Virus record (IMG/VR): IMGVR_UViG_3300039210_000318
Location: 1 to 64,000 of that record
DNA length: 64,000 bases
Reading direction: 5' to 3' (one strand)
DNA from: a virus
In this document: positions 28,052 through 36,924 of the stretch, piece after piece
Layout of the letters: every line of letters starts with the position of its first letter
Numbering within the stretch: the first letter of the stretch is position 1
Made by a program: the position numbers and the translations under genes
Notes under the pieces: model-generated
Told to the model about the DNA's origin: nothing
Database searches by the model: none
Seen by the model: the letters and a program-made list of their open reading frames with translations, nothing else

Positions 28052-28790
28052 ACGCTGCTCCGTCTGCCACGAGCCGCTCCAGCCGCGGCAGCACGGCTGG
28101 CTGCGCCGGGGCGGCGCGCCGGGGGAGGAAGGGTTCGGCCTGGCCGTGCCCTGCCCGGCGTGCAGCCCGCCGGTACGCCGGCAGCAGGCATGGGAGCGCG
28201 GCGCCGCGCTGCGCTCCCACTTCCCCCTGCCACCCGAGGCCGTGGCAGCGGGCTGGACCTTCGACTCCTTCCCGAGCACCAACACGACGTCACCCGTCGT
28301 GCGGCGGGTGATTGCCTTCGTCAAGGAGGAGTCCGACTATCGTAATTGCTACGTCCACGGCGACTACGGCGTCGGCAAGAGCGGGCTGGGCATCGCCGCC
28401 GTGCGCTGGGCATGGGAGCAGCGCCGACCGGCGTTGTACACGACGCTGCCGGCGCTGCTCTCCCTCATCCGGCACACCTACGACGAAGGCGGCAGTCTTA
28501 CCGAGGAGCACATTCTGCATAGCCTGGAAGAATGCGACCTGCTGGTCGTGGACGATCTGGGTCCGGCGCGCGGCGGGGGAGCCGCGCGTCCGCTCTCGGC
28601 CTGGACGGAGGAGAAGGTCTTCCAACTGACCAACAGCCGCATGCTCTCCGGCCGGCGCACCCTCTACACCAGCAACCACCGCCCGGAAGCCCTCCGGCCG
28701 CCGACCATCCTGGGCGACCGTATCGTGGAGCGCATCGAGTACCGCTGCCTCACACTCGAGCTCGCCGGGCCGAATTGGCGGCGGCAGTAG
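27897..28790 (+). CDS. DnaC/IstB-like AAA+ helicase loader
   Basis: Walker A GDYGVGKS, Walker B LLVVDDLG, TLYTSN, GDRIVERI, L.GPNWR; start uncertain. Confidence 0.9.
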   Translation: MQNLNSQWRQIGTLVPQQTMPATLRSAKPTANGSASPSTPAWPTRTPAPPAERCSVCHEPLQPRQHGWLRRGGAPGEEGFGLAVPCPACSPPVRRQQAWERGAALRSHFPLPPEAVAAGWTFDSFPSTNTTSPVVRRVIAFVKEESDYRNCYVHGDYGVGKSGLGIAAVRWAWEQRRPALYTTLPALLSLIRHTYDEGGSLTEEHILHSLEECDLLVVDDLGPARGGGAARPLSAWTEEKVFQLTNSRMLSGRRTLYTSNHRPEALRPPTILGDRIVERIEYRCLTLELAGPNWRRQ

Positions 28791-28796
28791 GACCAC

Positions 28797-28825
28797 TTTG
28801 ATATACCGTAACGCTACGGTATGCT
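28797..28825 (+). promoter_or_regulatory. Promoter/operator of the Cas7-like gene
   Basis: TTTGAT-N17-TATGCT overlapping ATACCG-TAACGCTA-CGGTAT, the genome-wide palindrome. Confidence 0.65.
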
Positions 28826-28879
28826 AGCAGCGCCGGGAATTGCCCCGGCGCCAACAATGCCAAAGAAAGGCAACCCCCC

Positions 28880-29584
28880 ATGGCCCTCCCAGACGGTTTC
28901 CCAGCGGTCCCCCTGACCCCGGAGGAGGAGGAAGACGTCGACCTCTACGAGCGGTACGACGTCATGCTCCACATCCGCGAGCGTATCACCGGGGGGGTCC
29001 CGGCGAACCCGGAACTGCTCTCCGGTTTCCTGCGCGGTAAAGGCATCAGCAGCGAGCAGGCCCAGGCCGAACTGGCAGCCAAGATGGCGTCCGATATGGA
29101 CGCAACCTTGACGGAGGAAATCGAAAGCAAGACCTCCGTCTTCTACCGCTCCGGCGGCACCGGTGGCCCGCTATGCACCAAGGAGTTTGCCATCAAGGCA
29201 TGCTTGAAAGAAGCCGGCGTAGCGTCCGGTTACATGAGCGCCGGGGGAATCCGGCAGCCCATGCAGCATGGGGTGTTCATCAAGCCTCTGCACATCTTGC
29301 TGCGACGCGAGGACGGCAGTTTCTACCTGAAGGCTGATGGCACCGACGAGAAGGTGACCCACACCATGGGACCGCGCGGCCCGGTGAGTGGCATCAGCCG
29401 CTTCGAATATGTGCGCGCGCCGTACCTGCGCTTCGAGATCTGGGTCCGCGCGTCCTACAAGCAGAAGCCGACCGAGCAGCAGCTACACATCATGCTGCGC
29501 ACGGCCAAAGAAATTGGCCTGGGAGCCAACCGGACCATGAGCGAGGGGAAGTTTGACCTCCTCCACTTCGCGGCGCTCGCATGA
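28880..29584 (+). CDS. Stand-alone Cas7/RAMP-like protein
   Basis: 234 aa; beta1 YDVMLHIRERITGGVP, FYR..G.P.....IKACLKEA helix, thumb-like hairpin ending SRFEYV, C-terminal G-rich loop IGLGANRTMSEGKF. Confidence 0.75.
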   Translation: MALPDGFPAVPLTPEEEEDVDLYERYDVMLHIRERITGGVPANPELLSGFLRGKGISSEQAQAELAAKMASDMDATLTEEIESKTSVFYRSGGTGGPLCTKEFAIKACLKEAGVASGYMSAGGIRQPMQHGVFIKPLHILLRREDGSFYLKADGTDEKVTHTMGPRGPVSGISRFEYVRAPYLRFEIWVRASYKQKPTEQQLHIMLRTAKEIGLGANRTMSEGKFDLLHFAALA

Positions 29585-31070
29585 GCGCCGCCACCACCCG
29601 CGCCAGCGCGACTAACCTGACCAAACCACCCCGTTCCCAGGCGACTATCCCGTCCAAGTCCTGGCGCACCGGAGCGACTAGCCATCCCTCGCCCTTCCCC
29701 GGCGACCATCCGTTGCATGCCTTACCCTTCCCCGCCAGCGCGACGAGCCAGTCCATTCCACAACCAATCGACCATCCGTTCCACGACCTTGCCATCCTAT
29801 GCGACGTGCCGAGCCTATCCGAATCATTCCCGCGCGACGAACCCAACCATGCCTTCCCGGGCCCGCGCAACGAACCTGGCCGAACCCTCCCTGGCCGCCC
29901 CTGCGCGACTACCCGACCCGGACCCTTCCAATCCGGTGTGACAATCCAGACCTTTGCATTCCCCGGCGACTATCCGTTCCAGACCTTGCTCATCCGTCCC
30001 GCGCGACAATGCCAGCCTATCCTCGACGCCGAGACGAGCCGATCCTATCCCATGCTCATCATTCCCTGCCGGGGCGACTATCCCTCCCTACCCACCTCAC
30101 GCCGGTGCGACTTTCCACGTCATGCCCAATCAGGACTCAGCGACTTTCCGTCCCAAGACAGCCCGACCCCCGGCGACAACCCTAAACCAGCCGGGCCAAT
30201 CCGGGGCGACAACCCAGACCTTGCCCACCCTCGCCGTCGTGACATGCCTACCCTGCCAGGCCCACGCGACATTCCAACCCTTTCCTTATCCGGCCAGCGC
30301 GACACACCTAGCCACCCCCGACCGCCGCGACGATCCGGCCCTTGCCACACCGGCGCGGAGCGACATGCCACGCCTGTAGCACGCCAGTCCATGGCGACTA
30401 TGCCGGCCACTCCCGCCCGATACTTTCCTGGGCGACAGTCCACCCTACGCCTCTCCCTGCCCTGCCCTGGAGACGGCCCAAGCCAGCGCCACCCTCCCCA
30501 TGCCATCGGGACAAGCCAAACCCCCCCTTGCCTGGACAGGGCGACTTCCCAGCCCATCCCCACGCAGACCCAGGCGACGATCCCGACCAACCCCATACCC
30601 GGCGACAAGCCTCATCCATCCGGACCACTCCTTGGCGACTTCCCATTCCACCCCCTCCCAGGCCAACCCGGTGCGACAAGCCCGCCCGGTCTAATCCTCT
30701 CCCCGGCGACAAGCCGCCTCGATCCAAGCCTCCTCGCTACGCACCGGCGCGACAATCCTTATCCCACCTGCCCAACGCGACGCGACTGTCCATCTCACTC
30801 CAACCCCGCTCCCCCCTACGCGACGAGCCAAGCTAGCACCATCCAAGCCACGGCGACTACCCATCCCCATACGAGACACCCCAAGCCCGGCCCGCGCGAC
30901 GAGCCTATGCGAACCCATCCCTGGCGACGAACCCAGCCATGCCTTCCCTACCCTGTCCACGGCGACGAACCCGCACCCGCCTTCCCCAGCCATCGTGACG
31001 ATCCCGTCCAAGCCTTCCCTGACCGGACCTCTGTGACAACCCGCGCCAAGCCACGCACCCCTACCCTGGG
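29585..31070 (+). repeat. Non-CRISPR hierarchical repeat array (GCGAC + n x NNNCC + NNN), candidate guide-RNA array
   Basis: ~43 units, nearly all 28/33/38/43 nt, parsed by hand; begins right at the stop codon of the Cas7-like gene. Confidence 0.85.
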
Positions 31071-31102
31071 GGCCATCAATAGCAAAAGGAAAGGAACCAC
31101 CA

Positions 31103-32155
31103 ATGGGAGACAAGACCTCCATCGCCTGGACAGCCTCCGTAGACGCCAGCGGCGCGACCACGCCGGGCTCAACCTGGAACCCGCTGCGCGGCACGGTGGG
31201 CAATTGGACGTGCGTGCGCTGGTCTGCCGGCTGCGAGCACTGTTACGCCGAGAGCCTTAACAAGCGCTTCGGTGGGCCCGGCTACACCACCGGCGCCGAT
31301 ACCCCGCGCCTGGACGAGCGCATCCTGGAGCAGCCGCTACGCTGGCGGCTGCCGCGCAAGGTCTTCGTCGGCAGCATGACCGACCTGTTTGAGCAGCGCA
31401 TCCCCGACGAGTGGATCGCCCGAGTGTGGGCGGTCATGGCGATGGCGTCCGGTCACACCTTCCAGGTGCTGACCAAACGCCCCGAGCGCATGTGCCTCCT
31501 GCTCGGCAGCAGCACGTTCCAAGCCCTCGTCACCCGGGCCCTGCACGAGCACCGCCACCCCAAGGGGTGGTACCTGGAGGGGGTGGGCGCCTGGCCGCTG
31601 ACCAATGTCTGGTGCGGCACCAGCATCGAGCAGGACCGTTGGACCGGCCGCGCCGACGTCCTTCTGCAGACCCCGGCGGCGGTACGGTTCCTGTCCCTGG
31701 AGCCATTGCTAGAGCCGTTGCCCTCGCTGCGGCTGGGGGGCCTGGACCACCTGGACCGCGAGTACCGCAGCCAGATTGGCAAGGGCATGTTCAATAGCGA
31801 TCAGGTCGATAGCCTGCGCCGACCGGTCATCGATTGGGTGATAGTAGGCGGCGAGTCCGGACACGCCCCGGACTCCCGTTCTCTGGTAGAGGCCTGTGAT
31901 CACACGTTCGGCGTGGTCTTTGTCAACGGCGTGCAGCAAATCAGCATCGCCCCGCCGAAGGACTGCCTAATCTGCTACGGCACCGGTTGGCGTCCGAAGC
32001 CGTGGGCCGAGAAGGAGGCAAAGCGCCTGCGTCTCTTGACACACCTGGCCGATGGGGCGTTCTTTTTTAAGCAGTGGGGGGGACCGCGCAGCCATTCCGG
32101 CGGTCGCATGCTGGTCGGCCGGGAGTGGTTGGAGTTCCCTAAGGGGACGCTATGA
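31103..32155 (+). CDS. Gp37/Gp68 (DUF5131) radical-SAM-like phage protein
   Basis: TSIAWT...TWNP..G..C...SAGCEHCYA, FVGSMTDLF, FQVLTKRPERM, RFLSLEPLL, WVIVGGESG, FFFKQWG. Confidence 0.9.
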   Translation: MGDKTSIAWTASVDASGATTPGSTWNPLRGTVGNWTCVRWSAGCEHCYAESLNKRFGGPGYTTGADTPRLDERILEQPLRWRLPRKVFVGSMTDLFEQRIPDEWIARVWAVMAMASGHTFQVLTKRPERMCLLLGSSTFQALVTRALHEHRHPKGWYLEGVGAWPLTNVWCGTSIEQDRWTGRADVLLQTPAAVRFLSLEPLLEPLPSLRLGGLDHLDREYRSQIGKGMFNSDQVDSLRRPVIDWVIVGGESGHAPDSRSLVEACDHTFGVVFVNGVQQISIAPPKDCLICYGTGWRPKPWAEKEAKRLRLLTHLADGAFFFKQWGGPRSHSGGRMLVGREWLEFPKGTL

Positions 32156-32361
32156 AACGCGCGCGGGCTATTGACCACAACCCTGACCGCCTCCGCTGTG
32201 TCGTCTGCGGGGACAGCGCCGGGCTGGCCAGGCGTCAGGAAACCTTGGTCGGCATCGTCTGCGAGTGCTGTTTCGAGGGAGCGGACGGCGCTCCCTATTG
32301 GGCCAACTGGAAGATTTCGCTGACACCCGGCCAGCGCACGACGTTGAGGAGCATGCGATGA
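32152..32361 (+). CDS. Small Zn-finger protein
   Basis: CVVC...CECC; coupled start and stop. Confidence 0.45.
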   Translation: MKRARAIDHNPDRLRCVVCGDSAGLARRQETLVGIVCECCFEGADGAPYWANWKISLTPGQRTTLRSMR

Positions 32362-32801
32362 GAGCCATCAGCTTTAGCTGGACCAGTGCCGCCCTGGTCG
32401 CCGGCCACAAGACGGTGACCCGGCGCGTCTGGGACGAGCGGTACGCCATCGGTTTCCACCAGGGGGACATGGTAGAAGCGTTCGATCGACAGCCGCGCTA
32501 TGGCGGCACGTGCATCGCCCGCATCCGTGTCCAACGGCTGACCTACGAGGCCATGAGCGTCATGCCGGACTATGACTACGAGGGGGAGGGACACGCCTTC
32601 TACGACGCCCACCCGGAGTTTGCGCCCAAGCAAATCTCCGGGCAGCGCGTCCTGCCCGGCCAGTTCAGCCGCCTGTCCTTCGACTTCTGGCGGCGCAACG
32701 GCACGAGCATGTGGGTGCTGCGCTTCTCGCTGGAGGAGATCGAGACGGACCTGACGCCTGTGCTGCAACGCGCGGTAGAGCTACGCCGGCTACCGGCATG
32801 A
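32358..32801 (+). CDS. ASCH-domain protein
   Basis: ISF......LVAG.KTVTRR.W (GxKTxTxR motif). Confidence 0.75.
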   Translation: MRAISFSWTSAALVAGHKTVTRRVWDERYAIGFHQGDMVEAFDRQPRYGGTCIARIRVQRLTYEAMSVMPDYDYEGEGHAFYDAHPEFAPKQISGQRVLPGQFSRLSFDFWRRNGTSMWVLRFSLEEIETDLTPVLQRAVELRRLPA

Positions 32802-32848
32802 CGCCGTACTACTGCAACCCGGCCGGCGACGTGACGCTCTACCTGGGG
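32798..32848 (+). pseudogene. 17-codon N-terminal stub of a DNA methylase
   Basis: MTPYYCNPAGDVTLYLG resembles the start VKPYYENDDIGVRLFLG of the intact methylase downstream; ends at the LAGLIDADG stop. Confidence 0.5.
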
Positions 32849-33331
32849 CTACTCAATGCGCCGGCGAGTGTCGTTCAACAGGCGCAATCTACGCCAAAGT
32901 TCCAGACGCTCCTCCGTGATTTCCGGGGACAGGCGCGTACCACGCACCCCGACCCGGATCGTCCGTTGCTCGGCACGCGGCCGGTCCTTGGAAGCCCGAA
33001 GGGCCAAAGCGAGATCTGCCCGCTCTCCTTTGACGCGGAGATAGGGGCGGACGGCCGAGAGAAATTCCGCTGCCTTCAGGCAGGACACCCTCCACTCATA
33101 CATTGGACGCCAGTTCGCGGTTCCCCTTTTCCTCAACCGGAATTCGCCGGGCCACAAGGCGGCGAATATCTCTACGGCCGCGCTCTCTGTCTGCCCAACC
33201 TCAGCAGACTCACTGAAGGTGTAAGAGTTCGGCCACCTGATATTGGTAGCTTGCCGACGAATCGTCACCGACCCATCGGCATCAAAGACCCCTGCCAGAT
33301 AGGCCAGGGTCACCTGGTTCTTTTCATACAC
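32849..33331 (-). mobile_element. Free-standing LAGLIDADG homing endonuclease
   Basis: LAYLAGVFDADGSV motif; YEW.V....A..FL..V.PYL.VK; antisense to its neighbours. Confidence 0.85.
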
Positions 33332-33366
33332 GCCCGTCGTTCCTTCCTCTCACATTATACCGGGGT

Positions 33367-34068
33367 ATGGCGGGGTATATCGTGAAGCCTTATTACGAGA
33401 ACGACGACATCGGGGTACGACTGTTCCTCGGAGATGCGCGCAGCGTCCTGGCCGACCTGGCGCCGGTAGACGCCATCATCACCGACCCCCCCTGGCCCGG
33501 CGCCAAACCGACCGCCGAGTGGACGGACGATCCCGCCGGCCTCTTTACCGAGACCGCCGTCCACTTCCCCCGCCTCGTCGGCCCGGGTGGCCGGCTGATC
33601 GTGCAGCTTGGCAGCGGTACCGACCCCCGCATGCTCAACGGCATCCCGCCGAGCTTGCCCTTCGTGCGCGTCTGCTGGCTACGCTTCTCCGTGCCGCGCT
33701 ACCGGGGCACCCTCCTGGACGGCGCCGACGTCGCCTACGTCTACGGTGGCATGTGGCTCGGCGCGCCGGGGAAGCGCGTCATGCCGGGGGAGGCCAACGC
33801 CACCAGCAGCGATGCTGGCCGGCGGCGCCGCTACCTGATCCCCCACCCCTGCCCGCGCCGACTGGAGCACCTGGAATGGTTGGTGTACCACTTCACCAAG
33901 CCGGGCATGACGGTGCTCGATCCCTTCGCCGGCAGCGGGACCACCCTTGACGCCTGCCGCCGTCTCGGCCGGCCTTGCATCGGCGTGGATACCAGCGCCC
34001 CCTACCTCGACAGCATCATCGAGCGCATCGAGCGTCAACCGCTCCTGCCCCTGGATATGACGGGCTAG
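33367..34068 (+). CDS. DNA amino-methyltransferase (N4/N6, beta class)
   Basis: IITDPPW, HPCPR, VLDPFAGSGTT. Confidence 0.9.
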   Translation: MAGYIVKPYYENDDIGVRLFLGDARSVLADLAPVDAIITDPPWPGAKPTAEWTDDPAGLFTETAVHFPRLVGPGGRLIVQLGSGTDPRMLNGIPPSLPFVRVCWLRFSVPRYRGTLLDGADVAYVYGGMWLGAPGKRVMPGEANATSSDAGRRRRYLIPHPCPRRLEHLEWLVYHFTKPGMTVLDPFAGSGTTLDACRRLGRPCIGVDTSAPYLDSIIERIERQPLLPLDMTG

Positions 34069-34078
34069 TACCAACGGC

Positions 34079-34552
34079 ATGGGCCTGACATATACCGTTA
34101 CGCTACGGTATAGTATGGCAGCGGCGCTGGACGCCGCGACGAGGAGGAAGATGGAACTCACCGGGTATCACGGCCTGACGCAGAGCATATATCTTTGCGG
34201 ACCCTGGCGCGGGCGGGCCATGTACGTGTCCTTTGACCGCTCCCTGGCGCTGGCGGTCGCCAAGTACGGCGGCGTCTACGCCGTGCGCTACGAGGCATCC
34301 TGTCCGCTCGTCCTCGACACCCCGGCTCTGTTCCGGCACACCTGGGAGGCTTCCGGCGCGCCGTTCCCGCGCGTTTTCAGCACGCAGCGCCGACGCCTTG
34401 AAGACTACTGCCGCAAGCGGGGGTCAGACGCCATCGTCCTGCCCGCCTCGGCCTTCGGGGGGGAATATGGGTACGCCTGGGTGGCCGGGCTCTTCGGAGA
34501 GCCGCAAGCCATCCTGCTCGCACCGGAGCGGGCGGTGCTCACCCCATGCTGA
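34079..34552 (+). CDS. ADP-ribosyltransferase-like (ART-PolyVal-type) protein, putative
   Basis: YHG...MYVS.D..LA...A.YG.VY.V......PL....G.DAIV...E; true start probably ~34151, after the promoter palindrome. Confidence 0.45.
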   Translation: MGLTYTVTLRYSMAAALDAATRRKMELTGYHGLTQSIYLCGPWRGRAMYVSFDRSLALAVAKYGGVYAVRYEASCPLVLDTPALFRHTWEASGAPFPRVFSTQRRRLEDYCRKRGSDAIVLPASAFGGEYGYAWVAGLFGEPQAILLAPERAVLTPC

Positions 34553-35949
34553 CCTTTGCCGACCTCTGCTGCGGCGGGGGTGGCGCGACCATGGGGGCCA
34601 TGGCCGCGGGCCTCACCCCCATCTGGGCGATTGAACACGACCCGGCGATAGCCGAGGTGTACCGGTCCAACCTGGGCGACCATATCATCGTCGGGGACGT
34701 GGCAACCCAGGACATTGCCGCCCTGGAGCCTCCGGACGTGCTCTGGGGCAGCTTCCCCTGTCAGGCGCACAGCATCGCCCGCTCGAAGCACATGGCCGAG
34801 CGCACGGACGGCGACCTGTCCCTCTGCATCCTCGACTACGCCCGCCTCCTCACCCCCTCCGTGATTGTCCTCGAAAACGTGCCGCCCTGGATGCGCGCAC
34901 CGGTCTATGGCGAGATCGTGGCGGGCCTCTCGGCGCTGGGCTACTTCGTGGACGGACGGCTGGTAGACGCCAGCCACCACGGCGTGCCGCAGTCGCGCCG
35001 GCGCGCCATCCTGCGGGCCACGCGCGGTACCCTGCTGCCGGCGCTGCCCCCCCGGCTACCCGCCCTGGGCTGGTACGACGCCGTAGCCGACCTGCTGCCT
35101 GACCTGCCGGAGACCAGCTTTGCGCCGTGGCAGTTGCAACGGCTGGTCGCCTCCGGCCGCTCCTTCGTGCTCGACGGCGGCTACAGCAGCGCCGACCGGG
35201 GCACCGACGAGGACGGCCTCCCCCTACCGCGCGGGGCTACCCGGCGCGAGCAAGAAGAGCCGCTTTTCACGGTAACGGCGACCCTCACCAAACGGCCCAT
35301 GCGGGCCTTCCTGGTTGAGCAATCCCAGGTTGGACGCGCAGCCACGGTGCGCGAGGTAGCAGAGCCATCCGCGACCATCCAGGCATGGCATGGCCGACGC
35401 CCCGGCAACGCCCCCCGCGCCTATCTCGTGCATAACCAGATCAGCGAGGGAGCCAACGCCCCGGTGGTGCGCGAGGACGACGAACTCGCCCCGGCGGTGA
35501 CGATGCAGAGCGGCGGCCGGGTGCGGGCCATGCTCATGCAGATGAAACATACGAGGAACGAGTGGGGGGACGGTACCCGCGACGAAGCCGACCCGGCCTT
35601 CTCGGTGCTCACGGACGGCAAGCCGTCCCACCAGCCCAAGGCGTTCCTGACGCACCCGACGGCCATGAACCCCCGCTTCACGATCCGGGAGGAAGGGGAG
35701 GCGTCTCATACCCTGACCTGCACGACCAACCCCACGCGGGCCTGGATCGGCCAGGGTAGGGTAGTGGCCCTCTCCCCGCGCTGCCTCGCCCGCTTCCAAA
35801 CGTTCCCGGACAGCTATATGCTGCCCAAGGGCAACGGCCTTGCCGGTCGCATAATCGGCAACGCCGTGCCGGTACGCCTCGCGCAACGCATCCTCGTCGG
35901 CCTGGTCGCCGACTTGGTACAAGGGCCAGAGAAGGAGCACACCGCATGA
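34546..35949 (+). CDS. DNA cytosine-C5 methyltransferase
   Basis: DLCCGGGG, SFPCQ, ENV, GVPQSRRR, ARFQTFPD, IGNAVP; five repeated R..xEP..T(V/I/L) units in the variable region. Confidence 0.93.
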   Translation: MLTFADLCCGGGGATMGAMAAGLTPIWAIEHDPAIAEVYRSNLGDHIIVGDVATQDIAALEPPDVLWGSFPCQAHSIARSKHMAERTDGDLSLCILDYARLLTPSVIVLENVPPWMRAPVYGEIVAGLSALGYFVDGRLVDASHHGVPQSRRRAILRATRGTLLPALPPRLPALGWYDAVADLLPDLPETSFAPWQLQRLVASGRSFVLDGGYSSADRGTDEDGLPLPRGATRREQEEPLFTVTATLTKRPMRAFLVEQSQVGRAATVREVAEPSATIQAWHGRRPGNAPRAYLVHNQISEGANAPVVREDDELAPAVTMQSGGRVRAMLMQMKHTRNEWGDGTRDEADPAFSVLTDGKPSHQPKAFLTHPTAMNPRFTIREEGEASHTLTCTTNPTRAWIGQGRVVALSPRCLARFQTFPDSYMLPKGNGLAGRIIGNAVPVRLAQRILVGLVADLVQGPEKEHTA

Positions 35950-36471
35950 CCGACTACCCTGAGGGGACCAGGGGGCTGATACCGGGTAGGCAGCCCCTGC
36001 CGACGACACCCCCACCGCCCGCCCCCCCCGGCGCGCGGTCTCCACACCGACCCGGCGTTCCGGGTCAAGACACGGGGCCTGCTCAACGCCGACGACGATG
36101 GCACCTGGATGGCGGTCAACTGCGTGGACGCGGTAGCCATGCTAGACGACGTCGACCACCTCGAACGACTCCTGGCGACGCTCAACCGGACGCAACGGAC
36201 CCACAGCGCCGAGTGCTGGCGCTGGCACCAGCAGTGCGCAGTAGAGGAAATCGAGCGTCTCCTTGCATTGGCGCACCCATGACCGTATCAGAACGGCGCG
36301 CGCGTACCGCGCTACACGCCTGCTTTATCGCTGATGGCGGACTGGCCGAAGCCCACCGCTGCCTCGCGGCAGAGCCGCAAGACGTACAGGAAATGCGCGC
36401 CGTGGGCGCCCTGCGCGCCAGCCTGGCCGAGACCGTAAACCGCCTCAACGCCGTGTTGCGAGGCGCCCCCC

Positions 36472-36924
36472 ATGGCTAATACCGTCAAGAATTACTCGAC
36501 CATCATCACGGTCAAGCAGACCATCGGGGAGGTGCTCGACCTCCTGATCGCCCACGGCGCCGACCAGGTGATGCTGCGCCCCGGCAACGCCACAGAACCC
36601 GCTCGGGTGGGCTTCAGCCTCGCCACGGCGCACGGCCCGGTGGGCTACGTCATGGTGGTCGAGGTTGACGCCGTGCTGCGCCGGCTGCAGCAGCAGCGCG
36701 AGAAAAACTCCCGGCTCCCCATCCCCAGCCGGGACCAGGCGGCGCGCGTGGCCTGGCGCACCCTGCAAGATCTTCTCGAAGCCCAATTGGAGATGATCGC
36801 CAACGGGCTGGCGCACGCCGACGAACTATTCCTGCCCTTCCGGCTCGTAGACGCCGCGGGGACCACGGTCTATCAGGCGTGGCAGCAAGGCAACCTGGCG
36901 TTGCCGGAAGGGGGGCACCAGTGA
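36472..36924 (+). CDS. Conserved phage hypothetical protein
   Basis: NYST.I....TIGE...LL..HGA...QA.RVAWR...D..EAQL...FLPF. Confidence 0.65.
   Translation: MANTVKNYSTIITVKQTIGEVLDLLIAHGADQVMLRPGNATEPARVGFSLATAHGPVGYVMVVEVDAVLRRLQQQREKNSRLPIPSRDQAARVAWRTLQDLLEAQLEMIANGLAHADELFLPFRLVDAAGTTVYQAWQQGNLALPEGGHQ

Noticed and set aside
29585-31070. Canonical CRISPR array
   Set aside because: There is no 23-50 bp identical direct repeat. The only constant is a 5 bp delimiter, and the would-be spacers have internal 5-nt periodicity.
29581-31260. 559 aa ORF as a folded functional protein
   Set aside because: It is a Pro-rich low-complexity product, the nucleotide period (5) is incompatible with codon-level conservation, and it overlaps the next gene by 158 nt. 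Kept only as a possible translated-leader observation.
35946-36479. 177 aa ORF as one gene, or a programmed frameshift
   Set aside because: A more protein-like frame (...THSAECWRWHQQCAVEEIERL) lies after C homopolymer runs near 36010-36030. This is more likely an indel error or pseudogene followed by a separate ORF at 36280.
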